Shown: positions 1 to 13,129 of the stretch, piece after piece
Layout: every line of letters begins with the position of its first letter
Numbering within the stretch: the first letter of the stretch is position 1
Source: Epithemia pelagica
Lineage: Eukaryota > Protista > Bacillariophyta
NCBI GenBank assembly: GCA_946965045.2
Contig: OX337231.1
Location: forward strand, 682,001 to 746,000
Direction of reading: 5' to 3'
DNA: 64,000 nucleotides
The notes under the pieces: model-generated
The model's input: only the letters and a program-made list of their open reading frames with translations
Database searches by the model: none
Told to the model about the DNA's origin: nothing
Position numbers and translations under genes: made by a program

Positions 1-74
1 CCATCCATGGGAATCTTCCAAGGACTATTGGATCCTTTTCCTCATTTGTGTCACCCACCCCGTGCCCACCATAG

Positions 75-464
75 ATTGATGTTTACTCGCTTGGAAATGT
101 CTTTTACATGCTTTTGGTCCGTTTTTGGCCATTTGATGAAATATCTATGAGAAAGGCGATAAATTTGATCAAACAGGGGAGACGACCGCCGATACCACGC
201 CGAATCTCGGAAAGCACAGATCCGACTGTCTTGACTCTGCGTAAGTTCACAACACTACGTCATTGGGTTCGTCTGTGGCTGATGGGCTCATTGTGTGCTC
301 TTCTTGGATTGATTGCTTGATTTGTATCGGCAGTGAAGGCAATACGTATGTGTCATGAACAGGATCCTAAGAGACGGGCATCTGCACGTCAGGTGGAGAA
401 TTTCCTTCAGGAAAGTGTCAAACGGCTTTCTCCAGGGAAACTTGAGGAATGGGGAATTCTCTAG
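75..464 (+). CDS. Protein kinase, C-terminal exons only (exons 75-240 and 334-464, intron 241-333; gene starts before the window)
   Basis: Spliced reading gives IDVYSLGNVFYMLL..WPF..(subdomain IX)..GRRPPIP..TDPTVLTLLKAIRMCHEQDPKRRASARQV (subdomain XI) and ends at TAG 462-464. GTAAGT donor at 241, CAG acceptor at 331-333, upstream acceptor ATAG at 71-74. Confidence 0.8.
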
Positions 465-1070
465 AGCCACATGGTCGCTGCATGCAACGCTCCTTGCCGG
501 CGAGTAGGTACGCATCGCTTTTGAACGTTTGCTACGCGGTAAGAAAGCTATGGAAGCAAACAATGAGTCCAAAGAGTGTCACGACGAATCTCTGGTGAGT
601 TACATTGCAAAGCGTACTGAGAACATGGGGAAAACTACAGGGAACATACCAAAGGCGAGTCCGTCATCCATTGTCCTTGCCGACAGATTTCTCAGCGTTA
701 AATTTGTGACGAAGAGGGACGAGATGGAACAAAAATATCTCAGTCACGATCTTGTGAGGTCGCTATGCGCTGGGCCTCAAGGAGAAAAGAGCCAAGGCAA
801 GGCGATTCTAAAGACCTATTGGAGGAGTGCCCTTTCTAGGATCATGATGATCGCAGGAATATTTCATTGATGCAAGTATCAAGTAAAATTCTTTGTAAAT
901 CCTTAGTTTATATAGAAATATAGAAATCATAGAGCCTTTTTCACAGCTGCGTGCGCCTCTCACCGGACAAATAGGTTAATCAAGAGCCCTTCGCAGTTGG
1001 CACTGCTCAATGCATAAGAACTTTCATTCTTTGGAAACGTGTACCACCCTCACTGGACGAATATAGAATC

Positions 1071-3400
1071 TCATTCCTTGCCTTGGCTCTTTCGGAAGAA
1101 GCAAGACCACACCAGCCAACCGATGAAGGCCAAAGCCACAAAGACACCACCTCCCACAGAGGAGTACATCCAAATAGGTTCAAAGCCTTTGGAAACAGAT
1201 GTACCAGACACGAGATGGAGTCCAACATCAAATCCAGTGCTGGGCCCGTCTTCTTCGTTCACAGCGCCAGACATGCGACGAATCGCTCCACCCAATCGAG
1301 ATCGCAAGTAGCGAGTTCCTCCCGAGGGTGTATGAAACTTGAGAAAGCAAACTCCAAGGGCAACGACATCGGCCGGATCATTTTCGTTGAAAAAACCAGC
1401 CGCAAGGCGAACATAAATCACAGCGGTATCGCCGACTTGTTCCATTCTCGTATAGGGCTTGATGGCAGTCGTATTTCGGACAGCCGTTTGCGTAAACGAA
1501 CCCTGGCTCAACTTCAAACGCTGGATTCCGGCCACATTCACCGTCTCACTCTCGGACCGAACACAGATGCGTGCTTCTTCATGGGGCAACACCGGCTCCG
1601 CATTGCATATCAAACTTGCATCGCACTGACAGGCACGCACGTCGTAGTCCAATGAAACCTTGAGTTCAAAATCAACATTCGCGCTCGATTTCACATCAAT
1701 ATTGGTAACGTTGAAGCGCTCCAATGTGTTCATCTCCACATACAACCGATTCAGTTCCGAAACAACCGGCACCAACTCGTCGTTCAGCATATCCACTCGC
1801 AAACAAAGCGACATCATGGCTGAGTTGTGGGTGATCTGCTTGTATACCGGGCTTTCCGATATCGAAGTGTGATTAATGTCGAGCTTGGTGTGCAAACGTT
1901 CTCGACCAAGGGGACGGGCTTCGGTTCGAGGATAGGACCTGATGAATCCAACATCCACCGGTGTGAGGCAATCCATTTCCATCACGGTAAACGAAAGCTG
2001 CTTGCCAGCATCATATTCATACACAGCAATGATTTCTTGTTCCGATGCATTGTCCGTAAAGCTTGCCGAAATGTCAACGACTTCAATATCCAAATCAAAG
2101 TCACCAATCTCAATCGACTCTTCAGTGGGTGCCGGAGTGGGAGGGTGTACATCTGGAATAGCAACAGTGTCAACGGCTTGAACCACTTCTTGACTCGACG
2201 CATCCGTCGTCGCAAACACCAAACGATTCCCAGACAAGGCGAGACCAGTGCGTTCGGGATTGTTGTTGTCACTCATCCAGTTGATGGTGTATCCGTGTTG
2301 TTTCCAAACACCCACTTCCAAATCAAACACACGGATGCGGTTGGGTTGTTGATCCAGATCGACCGGCAAACGAACCGTCGTAGCAAACGCCACGCGAGTA
2401 CCACCATGGCTGAGTTGTAGAGGACCATTCATCAATTCGACTTGACTCGTCAACTCCCCAGACTTGATCCAACGACGAGTAAACGGGAAGAAGGAATACA
2501 TCTTGATGGAACTTTCCGATCCAAACACTCCAATACCATGACAGGCAACCACCAATGCTTGGCCATTACCACTTAAGGACAAACGATGACCCAATCGTTC
2601 ACGGACTTTTTCTCCTTGAATAGTGGAACCCACCAAGTGCCAAGTCTGATCTGAACCACGATAATCGTAGACACCCACACTGCCTCGATCCGTCAGCATA
2701 CTGTCCTGACCTTCAAACCCAGGAGACGAAATAGCGATACGATTCCCAGAGGACGCCATGGAGATTTCAAACCCAAACAAATCACCCTGCGCAAAGCCTT
2801 GCAAGGATCCTTTGACCTCCCACACATGTCCGTTGCGGTGAAAGAATAGGACTTGGCCTCGACGACCATCATAAAATTCGCAACTCATGGCCACCACATG
2901 ACCATTCGCCGAAATGGAAACATCGCGACCATGAGAGCTCCCGCCGCATGACAAATCATTGCCAATTTGCTCCCCCGAGTTCATCTTGTACACCTTGACC
3001 TTGGTGCCTCTGCCCGATGTGTCTTTGCCACGCATAGCAATCGTCGATCCATCGGAAGACATGGCAAAGGATTCGCCAATCTTGAAATAGGAATAACCAG
3101 GGAAGATACGGTACATGTTCCAGGCGGTTCCGTTGTACTGATAGGCGTAAATGAGACCGTTGACGTAGCCATAGGGATGCCCGACCGCCATCATGGAACC
3201 GTCGCTCGAGAGCGAAATGTCTTTTCCAAATCCAACCGGATCCGGAACATTGACAAGAGGAGTCGGCAAGGCATCTCCTACTGCTTCAAAACCATGATAC
3301 GACTGGAAAGACCACAGATCCAATGGTGAGCCATGAGATTGAGAGTAAGTAGAGAGACAAGACTTCATTGGAAAGCTTTACTTACATTCGTTGCGGCCAT
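1071..3400 (-). CDS. Beta-propeller (FG-GAP/WD-like repeat) protein with a PTPAPT linker and a C-terminal transmembrane helix; probable short first exon 3400-3386 and intron 3385-3303
   Basis: 765-aa ORF with repeated FG..ISLS.DG..MAVG-type blades and a hydrophobic C-terminal segment (VGGGVFVALAFIGWLVWSCFF). ATG GCC GCA ACG AAT, then GTAAGT...CAG, splices in frame to TCG TAT CAT. Confidence 0.65.
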
Positions 3401-4295
3401 GGTAGATATTCTCTTTGTGATAATTGCGATGCGATGGAAGAAAAGTCGGAGCTCGATGAATTTTCTTTTCACTAATGCTTGCTTGCAACTTGATCGATTA
3501 CAAATTTTATGAGCTCATGTGGTCGACAATTGTGCCAAACTTGAAATCCATGAATCTGCAGAACAGAGGCGTGATTTGGATCTTTACGGTTTCCCGAAAC
3601 GGACTCCTTGTGCCAAGAAGCAAGATTGATTCGTGAAGATATCCTTGTGATTCTTTTTCAAGGCGGAGGTGCGGATTTATTTCCCTCGGTTCTGCCCAAC
3701 AGTTTCAGGAAATGTTTCTCATTCCCATCTGGTTGACCGTCGAGCCGTGCGAGGATTCATGTCTACAAGTATCCGTAGTGAGACCATCCTTGTCAGAATT
3801 ACTCTTGTTCATGAATCTACGTTGGCCATCTGATTAACGTTGGATTGTTGCTCGCGACGATCGAAACAGAGCCGAATGATGCTCTGGCATCATGATACTG
3901 TGACTACCTTGATCCTTCGCCCAAAGAGAGAGCGCTGTTCACTCCCATCCCTCTTGTTTCGTCATCTTCACAGTCTTCAATCCGATACTCCCTAATGGTG
4001 CGTTATCGAAGAGGCATCACTTCTGAATAAGTAACTTGCCGTCACGACGTTATCATCCGCTAGAGTGTTAGAACGCTAGTAGGAAGTGTATCTTGTGTGG
4101 TTCCCTATACGTGGATGGTTTGTCGCATCAGGTAGATCCAAAACGACAACAGAGTTCCACGGAGAGAACTTCTCTCTTCCGCATGTTATCTCTTGCGTTT
4201 GTGAGATCCAACTTGAAAAGCAAGACACGAACAAGCAAACAAGAAGACTATTCTCTATAGTTCGATTCAAGGCTTGAACTGAATTCGAAACCACA

Positions 4296-5105
4296 ATGGC
4301 TGCTTGTTGTCCTCCAGATTCGATTGGAAAATCGTCTCTCAGTCAAGTGATTCCCAAGGGCAAGACGGTCCAACTATCGAATGACATGCCGTGTTATCAA
4401 GTGGGTTCTGAAAATCCTTCTCGTGTCGTGTTGGTCTTTTCGGACGTTTATGGAATTGATTCCGGTCATCACAAGGCATTTTGTGACGTCTTGCAAACCA
4501 AATTGGGAAATTCGACAGCGGTGTGGATGCCCGATCTCTTTCGTGGACACCCCATAATGGGCTCCTGGAACCTGTCTCCCTATTGGACGCGCAAACTGTC
4601 GTATTTCTCTATTATTTGGGAATGCAGAACTCGCATTACAGAGACGAATGTGGAACGAGATTTGGTAAAGGTGGTGCAACCGGCACTTCCCACTCCCAAT
4701 TTTGCCTGTGTGGGATTTTGCTTTGGTGGATGGGTGATTGCCAAGTGCTTGCAACTCCAGCAACAATTCAAAACCAAGGCATGTGTTGGCATTCATCCGT
4801 CCTGGCGCATTGAAGCCATTTTTGGCAAACGAGAAACGGATCTGGCCCAATCTACAGGAACCGCTCCCATTCTATTGCTTCCTGCCAAGAATGATAGTCT
4901 CAAAGTGGGAAGTGAACCCGTGTCTATTTTGGCCCAAAATCGCTCCATTCCCGAAAGCGACGTGGCAGTAGAGTTTCCCACCATGCTACATGGATGGGTT
5001 ACCCGTGGAGATGTCAAAGATGATTCGATCCGGGAGGCACAAGCCAAGGCCATTGATCTAACGGCGAGCTTTGTGGCCAAGCATTTGCAAGAAGAAGAAG
5101 AGTAA
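4296..5105 (+). CDS. Dienelactone hydrolase family (alpha/beta hydrolase)
   Basis: DVYG, nucleophile motif GFCFGG, acid residue in AKND, catalytic His in MLHGWVTRG; 269 aa. Confidence 0.88.
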   Translation: MAACCPPDSIGKSSLSQVIPKGKTVQLSNDMPCYQVGSENPSRVVLVFSDVYGIDSGHHKAFCDVLQTKLGNSTAVWMPDLFRGHPIMGSWNLSPYWTRKLSYFSIIWECRTRITETNVERDLVKVVQPALPTPNFACVGFCFGGWVIAKCLQLQQQFKTKACVGIHPSWRIEAIFGKRETDLAQSTGTAPILLLPAKNDSLKVGSEPVSILAQNRSIPESDVAVEFPTMLHGWVTRGDVKDDSIREAQAKAIDLTASFVAKHLQEEEE

Positions 5106-5997
5106 TGAATAGGGAGACGAATGAACGTGGTTTTTGCTTCAGTCCTGTCGTAAATTGATGCGTTGTTTGTTTTGCCCTGTTGAGCGCAACCGTTGATGCA
5201 TTCAAGAGTAAGCATATAGAAAGAGTTCATCTGTCGACGGTTATGCACGACCCATACAACCAGCAAATTATCATGGCTTTGTCATCTTATCGTCAATGCG
5301 GAAGTTATTGTTGGATGCATCAAGACTTGGAATGAAACAAGCAACTTTACACACCATATTATGGAAACCATGGTAGGAAACTGTAATCAGGTATATCCAC
5401 CGAATCCACAACATCTCATCTCTCGCTATGCACGAATCGCCGACATGACATCATCCATTGTCATACGACGTCAACAATGCATGAATGCACGACATCACGG
5501 ATTGTATCGACAATCGAAAAAAATGCATGGCTGCCATGTCCGAAATGTGAGACGACGTGCGCAAAACTCATGTGCAAACAAAATTTGTGTACTACTATGG
5601 TACATTACTCTTTCGTTACTTAGACAGCGGACGAACCTTTTTGGTCCTACTTGGACTGTTCTCCGCATAATCTGCAAGCCAGCCGAGCCTACCAATCGCT
5701 CCGTTTCATGGTTACATAAGCAGCCTATAAGGAACCACATCGAGCGCACCGGGACCCCAATTTTCTCGAAAGGAATATGTATTCGAGAAAGGTAAACATG
5801 TGATCGCAAGGGGGAAGAAGCCGTTTGATCCTGATTTCCATCAACCTAAAACAAAGGAAGGTCTGAGCACTGGGCACTGTTGTTTTAAAATCAGTCACAT
5901 TCCTCCTGACCTGATTGTCCGTTGTCGCTCTTTGATCGACTCTGCTCATCCTTCGTTGACTTACCACTGAACCTGCCGAAACCGCTGTTGAGTTAGC

Positions 5998-7816
5998 ATG
6001 GGGAATGGAGGCAGTATCTACGAACAACAAGAAACGACTCGCCTGAAAACCTGGGCCATTGCCGGCTACATTTCCATTGATCGCGATCAGTGTTTTCGAT
6101 TGCGCAATTCGTGTCTGCGATGGACCGACCCGAGTTCACCGCACTTGTCACGGCACACTCTGGAATATGCCATCCAAGTGTCCAAAATTGTCCAACGTCC
6201 CGATGCGGAAATCATTATGGATTTGTATACCATGTGGGATGTTCGGGGAGACGGATCCGTACCCCTCTTGCCGTTTTTTGTCGGTCTGAGTCCCCTTGCC
6301 TGTCATGGGGATGAAAGCTTTCGAGCCGTTTTGCGATATGCTCTTCAAATCGCGCATGTCACAGACAAGAGGTATATCGATCGGAATGAGTTGTATGTCG
6401 TTCTCAAAAGTACGTTTCAATGACCTAGCGCTTTTTACACATGACATAGCCTTATGGTTCTTGGTCCTCACACATGGATTCGGATTCCATTTTCCTTTCG
6501 TCCACATCACACTGACAGGTCTCAATTGTACGGTGGCATATTTGGGCGATGCCTTTCTCAAAAACTCGAGGCTCGTGGAGATTGTTCAAGACACCTTGAC
6601 GACCATGTCACTTGTGGCCACACAACCCAATGAAGAAATACAGTTCCCTCTCTTACTCAAGGAAGATGTCGTGGCTGTCATTGCCGTCGAACCATTGATC
6701 AAGCAATTGTTGCTCCAATCCAATCATGTCGGTACACCTCCTCCATCGCCAACACCTGAACAACACAACGACGACCACCACACGAGACGACGACCGCCAA
6801 AGGTGTTGAAAAAGGAAGATGAAGAAGTCCTAATGCGCAAACCGCAACCACAGCCTCCTCAGTTGCAACAGAAACTCGTTTTGAAATCTCAATTAGAGTC
6901 ATATATTGAGTCATTGCCAAAGCAACCACACACAACCAAACCTTTGGGCAAGAAACCAACATGCTCGTCACAAGCACAGCTGCCGTCGCAATTGTTACTT
7001 CTAAGAGAGAACCAGGAGCAAGAACGACAACTTATGAAGCTACAACCCCAACTACCAAAACAAAAGCCACAACCACTGTCCCCAAAACCACAACCACTGT
7101 CCCCGAAACAAAAGCCACAAAAATCACAGTCCAAACCCAAGCAACAATTCATGTTACCAAAACAAAGTTCGCAGTCCAAACAACAACAGCAACAAGTCAT
7201 GTTTCCGAAACAACAAAAGTCGCATTCAAAACCAAAACAACCATTACAACCAAAACAACAACAACCACAAAAGTCACAGCCCAAACAATCCAAGCCAAAA
7301 CAAAAGCAACCATCACTCCCCATGCGCAAGCCCATTTTAAAAACGGGAGGTGCAGCATCCAAACAGTTTGATCCCTCTGCCCTGTATTGGTCCCGGCCCG
7401 CCGAATACAATACGAGTAGTAGTCACAGTGGCGAACAAGGCGATGACGAAGGAACAGAAGCCTATGGAGGACTGAGTTCCTTTTATGAAACCGTGGCCAC
7501 GACAGAAGAAGAACTTCATTCTCCTCCATCGTACATTCCGTCCGTTCCCACGGACGAATACACGTCCATGAATTCATTTCTTCCCCCCGCAATGCGCTGC
7601 TTGATTCGCGTCGGGTCGTCGACATTGTCGAGAAGCAATAGCATGACATCCCACACCACCATGAGTCATCCTCAGACGACGACCACCACCACAACCACAA
7701 AGAATCATGGCAAGGATACCGTGGGCGAAAACAACAAGGAAGAGGACGATGACAAGAAACACTGGAGCTACTGTCGTAAGTCGTCCAAGAGCTTGTTTTC
7801 CAGTCATCCATTGTAG
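5998..7816 (+). CDS. N-myristoylated EF-hand (calcineurin-B/recoverin-like) protein with a long Q/P/K-rich tail; intron 6410-6518
   Basis: Starts MGNGGS (MGxxxS myristoylation consensus). EF-hand-like loops WDVRGDGSV and TDKRYIDRNEL. The GTACGT...CTGACAG intron joins ORF 5998-6423 in frame to ORF 6296-7816 (LKS|LNCTVAYLGD). Confidence 0.7.
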
Positions 7817-8287
7817 AGAGGACACGAACGTCGGGATGACCGAACAGTGCTCTGCAGCAGCGTTCCCGTGAACAGCGCGCCACATGGATTTTGCATAACA
7901 CGGACACACCAAGCTCCTGCCATACAAGGAACCATGCCCATTCTCCTGTACTATGCTTTTTCTAGACCAAGACGAAGACTCCGTCCGGAAGAAATCGTGT
8001 CACTGGCATTCGATCAATCGATTTTCCCTTACCTACCGTAGACTATCTCGCTAGCTGACTGAGCACCTTTGAGGACACATTACAGCGCGACCGTTCTTTC
8101 CGAAGTCGCACTAATTTGTGCGACCCATAGGCATATCTAATTTTACTGTACTACCATGGTACAATACAATTCGTATTAATAGAATGAGGTCGATTCCCGC
8201 CAACCGACAAGATATCTTGAAAAAGCGTTAACTTGCCGTTTCATTAGGTCAAGTTGGACCTTCAACGATTATTGATCCTCATTTTTC

Positions 8288-8450
8288 TACTAAAAGTTCG
8301 CTTATCAGAAAGATTATACACTTGTTACATGAAATCTACCCTGATCCACAGGTGGGAGTCTTACACAGCTCCTGCCAAAATCGGCCACATAGCCGGGGTA
8401 GTTTCGACACATTTGTCATGCATTGCCAAATATCGGCCACAATTTCAACA
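8288..8450 (-). repeat. Copia-1 3' LTR (163 bp, TG...TA)
   Basis: Same sequence as 14800-14962. Confidence 0.9.
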
Positions 8451-8591
8451 CTCCTCTTAAATCAACCTTGCCGTTGCAATGTTGAGTTGCATCTGCATTG
8501 TGGCCTTGTTCATTCCTAGGTGGTTCGCTCCATGGCTACATCCACCTCCATCCAACCAAGTGGTTCCGTTCATCCGTACTCCACTTATCAA

Positions 8592-11500
8592 TCATTCTGT
8601 ACCAAAGATGTGATGGAGCAAATTTCGAACGAAGCCTCGTCTCTTCTCCCCATTTGGCAAAACCTTCGTCAATAGGTCGGCTTCATTGTCATGAGTATTG
8701 ATGTAGGTCGTTCTCCATTCATCTCTTGCCACTCCTTCTCGTACAAAATGATATGCAATGGACTGACTCTTCTTCTTCAGAGCTGAGTCCGGTATTGTTG
8801 TGTTCGCCAACACTGACTGATTGTCACCATAGATGAGACTTGGACCGTCACACGGTATTCCAAGCATTCTCAACTTATATCGTAGTCCTCGTAGATATTC
8901 GCAACATTGCTTCATCGCTATGAACTCTGATCCAAAAGATGAGGACTTGATAGACGTTTGTTTCTTGCTCCACCAATATACCAATGCCGAATTTAGATAA
9001 ACTAGGAACCCTGTTCGAGATCGTCTAGAAACGGTGTCAGAGGCATGATCAGCATCAACCTTGGCACGGACGACGAATCCCATTCCTCGTGGCTCTGGCA
9101 TATTGGGAGGGAGCTCTTCTTTGCCATCGATATGGCCAAATTCTGAAGCCGTCCAATCCTTTCTCTCAAAATCGGCTTCATTCACAATGGGGTCGCTTGG
9201 ATCGTATACGAGCTCCGCATTGTGGAACTTCTTGAGGTATGCAAATACCTGCAAGACTTGTTGCATGTGTCCTTCCCTCGGTAGAGCAAGATGGGAGGAC
9301 AAGACAGATACCTCCAGGCAAATGTCAACCCTGCCCAATTCCACAATCCACCTCAGGACACCAATGAGGGACTGGTAGTAGGAGGCATCCGATGGCGTTA
9401 ATTCCGGGGAGACATCGAGTTCTGCCCGATAACTTGATTTCATCGGTGTATCTGCCTTGCTTGGCAGCGTCCATTTCTTATTCTCCCCTTTTACCAGGTG
9501 GTCCTCCACATTCCTTACGGCGGCTTGCACATACTGTGAAGAGCTGAAGGCCCATGCCTCTGCTCCATTCTCAAGCACGACCTTGCGTACTTTTCCACCA
9601 AGGTATATACTCGGAGGGCCAACCGACTCCTCTTTCAACTCAAAGTATCTACCAATCTCCTCACGTATTATTTTCTCAGCTCTTTCACCAATCGCCAGGG
9701 CATCGTCAACGTAGAGTAGAACATACTCGTAGTAGGGCGTGCCGTCGGACTTCTCCGCTGGTCGTATCCACACATCCGGATCTGCCGGACAGGATTGAAA
9801 ACCCAGATGACTCATGCAAGATCTCAGATGATTTCTAAAGTCCTTGCCGGCGGTTTCCCTCCATAGAGTGCCCGATGCACAAGCGCAACCTTGCCCACGT
9901 TTTCGATCCCAAACTCAGGGCCACATATAATGTAGTCCCTCCTTGACGATGGCGCCTGCAGATAAGCATTTCGAATGTCTGCGGCGAATACATCCAGTCC
10001 GTTTAAGGCGGCGTACGTGAACGCTATCCGCACGCTCTCTCTGGATACTACACCGGCGAAGGTCGACCCCTCAGGGTCCGGTGTCTTGTGTCCATCAAGG
10101 ACCCACCTGGCCTTCCTCGTGAAATCCATCTTTACGTCCCAGACCAGGTGTCCGGTTACCAGATGCCAACCATTTGGCGCTTTCTCTCCTGCGTCCAAGA
10201 TCTCAAAGGCAATTCCGACATTATACATCTCTTTTGCCAGAGCCTTCACCCAGAAATCATTTCCGTTCTTCTTGTCGAGTTCCTTCGCATGCTCAACACT
10301 TGTGGGTATTTCTATCCCATACTTGTGCCTTATCTGTCGGGCACGAGTCTTCAGCGCCGATATGATGGCATCCCTCCTCCTTAGTGTCGACTTGGCCCAC
10401 CAAAGAAAGGCTGGCTCATCATCTAATCCCCGTGCCACCGCAAACTCGGCCGTTTCAACGGGGTATGACTCCTTCATGTCTGCCAATCGTTGCCAAGATT
10501 CGGATTCATCCTTCCACTTGACTAGCAGCCACCATCCTCTGGTAGTCTTTCTCATTCTTCGTCTGCCGCGTCTGTCGTAGACGTATTTGTCATGTTTCGG
10601 GACGGCCAAGGCTTCATCCTTCTTCCAGTCGACTATTCCTTCCATCAGGCGCAAATGGTTTCCATCGGTGCCGACCTCGGCCAACATGCCCTCAGCAATG
10701 ACGTTGGCAGCATATTCCCTTACTTGTCCATCCATGAACTCAACCTCGTATAGGATGGAATTGCTGTATGGATCGTCGTGATACTTGCCACTTGTTTTCC
10801 CATCAGCACCAAGGGCTCTCCTCTTAACCACTCCCTTACTGATGTCGTCGCCAATTTGCATTTGAACTTCGGCGTTGATCATTCGGTCATACGCAGGGCA
10901 TTGGTTCAGGAGCTTGCCCGTGCTGTCGACGGTGTCTTCTATGTCCGGAGTTGTAAATTGAGGTTGTTCATCGTCCTCATACGGATCATAAAATTTGTCG
11001 TCGTCGTTGGAGGGAGGTGGTTGTATGGAGGTGCCATGCCTCCTCTCGATCAAAGCTGTGAAAGCTTCACGCTTGGATCGTTCACTGGCACTGTGCAGTT
11101 CGGCAGTGTGGAGGGGTCGGACGGACCGACGTGGGACAACGTTGCCATTTGCTTTGAGCACCCACTGTGCCATGGCGTTGCCCTCCCCTCGGGCAGGTCC
11201 CAAAACCCTCCCCAAGACTTCCTGGTTGTGAGGAAATTTTGCTGTGTGTTCTCGGAAGTAACACCATTCATACCACGCAAATTGCCCAATGCTAGAGATG
11301 TCTCCATCGACGCCCAAGGTTGCAGTGTGTGGGTTCGTCCCACGGACTGTGATGTAGTCACGAGCAGTGAGATTATAAATCCTCACTCTCCTCTCCAGAC
11401 AAAAGTCCCAAAACACAAGAGGTGAATTGGTTTCCCGCATGTCCTTGCGAACGGCCTCTTTGATCAGCTTAATATACAGCTCGGCCTTGTTCGCCCACGG

Positions 11501-13129
11501 TGTCCCCTCCTCGAGAGCACGAAGGGTGGTTCCTATGTCATTGAGGAACACTCGCATGTCAGCACTGGTTTGTTCTTTTGACGTATCACACACAATAGCA
11601 TCTGGTGCCCCAATTTCCTTGGCAAACATCTTGACTGCCATGAGCACCTCGGATTTGCGTTTCATTGGTACCACATGCATGAAACCTTTGTCAGTGACGA
11701 ATAGCTGACAGCACGTGTTACCTCTCGAGGACTTGCCCCCTTTCTTGGTAGCAAAGAAGGTATCCATATAGAAATATTCCTCGATACGGCGATATCGCAA
11801 CATCCGATCGTTGGTCCCATAATTTTGAGACAAGGTTGGGTTGGTCGGTCGTTGACCATGCTGGGTCGTAATGTCGATCGTTCTTTTGGCATCATCATGG
11901 CTGATACGCCAGACCTTGGACAAGTGTTCAGCGTCGATACCACGCGACTTTCCAGCTTGCACCCCAGAAACAAAGAATTGATCCCAATCCATTTCGTCAA
12001 TTTGTTCCAGGTCGATGTCCTCTTCCTCCTCACTATCTTTATGGATATCTGCATCGCTGTCGTCGTCGTCAACCGTCTCCACAAGATATTCGGAGGTCTC
12101 TGCCACCGTTGTCGCACCAATGGTCATGGCCTCATGTCCATGCACCATCCTTTCCTCCATTCTGAGAGCCATGAGTGGCTCCACAAGGACTGACGACACA
12201 TTAGACAGATGGAGACTCACGTCATCACATGGTTCAATCTTGGCATCTCCTCTCTTCTCTTCCATGTGGTTTTGCCAATGGTGGTTTCGGGCACATCCCT
12301 TATCCACTATAAAGGCTTCCATTGATGACACTCGATAAGCTTTATCATTTTCTCCGTCTGGTAGGTCCTCGATCATAACCCTTACTTGGTCTTTCTTTTC
12401 CTTGATATTTCCTTCCCAGTCCATGATGCTAGCCTCGTTTTGCTCATATGCGTCTGAGTGAGGGTTCCATTGGTTCGGTGTTAGGACATATACATCATGT
12501 CCGGCCAACAGATCGTCCTCAGTTGGCATATTGGTTGAGAAATAAGAGAAGACTCCCCATAGATTTAGAGGGATCTTGAATCCAGTCGTTGGAAAAATTA
12601 TTGCATGGTCGTCCGTCGTTGGATCGTCCGTGTGGATCTTGGCTCGTTCGTTGACCTTGATCCCAGCTTCTCGCAACACGAACGGAGGGATGAGATTGTT
12701 GGCCATTGCTACCACCCGAATAGCATTCAGAATGACTAACAAGAAGGTCTTCCCACTGTAGGGACAATCGTAGCGTACAATTGCATCAACCAATTCCGCC
12801 TCCATAGACTTGTATTGCGGAGTGAACAGACTGACGTCGACCTTTTTTCCAGAGTTGTTTATTACATACGCATGCCGTCCGACGACGGGCATGTTTGCAT
12901 GGCTGTCCAGTTCGGTGCGGTGACCACCAACATGATCTTCCATGTCGGTCAATTCTTCATCATTGCTTGCCGTTGCAGCCGCCACTGCAGCGAAACAACG
13001 ATTAGGAATTTGAAATCTAGACTTGCACATGCATTCGCATTTGCCTGGGTCCCACTGTTTGACATCCGGCTGCAATACCTCACCTCCTCTCAATGATGAG
13101 GAAATGATAGGTATGGCCGGACCCCCCCG
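8592..13129 (-). CDS. pol: Copia-1 Pol (protease, integrase, RT, RNase H); in frame with gag after TGA; one 1-nt frameshift at ~9854-9856
   Basis: ELDSHAN (protease), YMDTFF/IVCD/KAE (integrase), DIRNAYLQ and YVDD (RT), VDADHA/SEFIAMK/GDNQS/ADLLTK (RNase H). Adding one base at GGG AAA CCG restores GKTAGKDFRNHLRSCMSHLGF. Confidence 0.9.

Noticed and set aside
6699-7927. Overlapping Cys-rich or Thr-rich ORFs on other frames (e.g. 6889-7410, 6961-7371)
   Set aside because: They are shadow frames of the low-complexity Q/P/K tail of the EF-hand gene.
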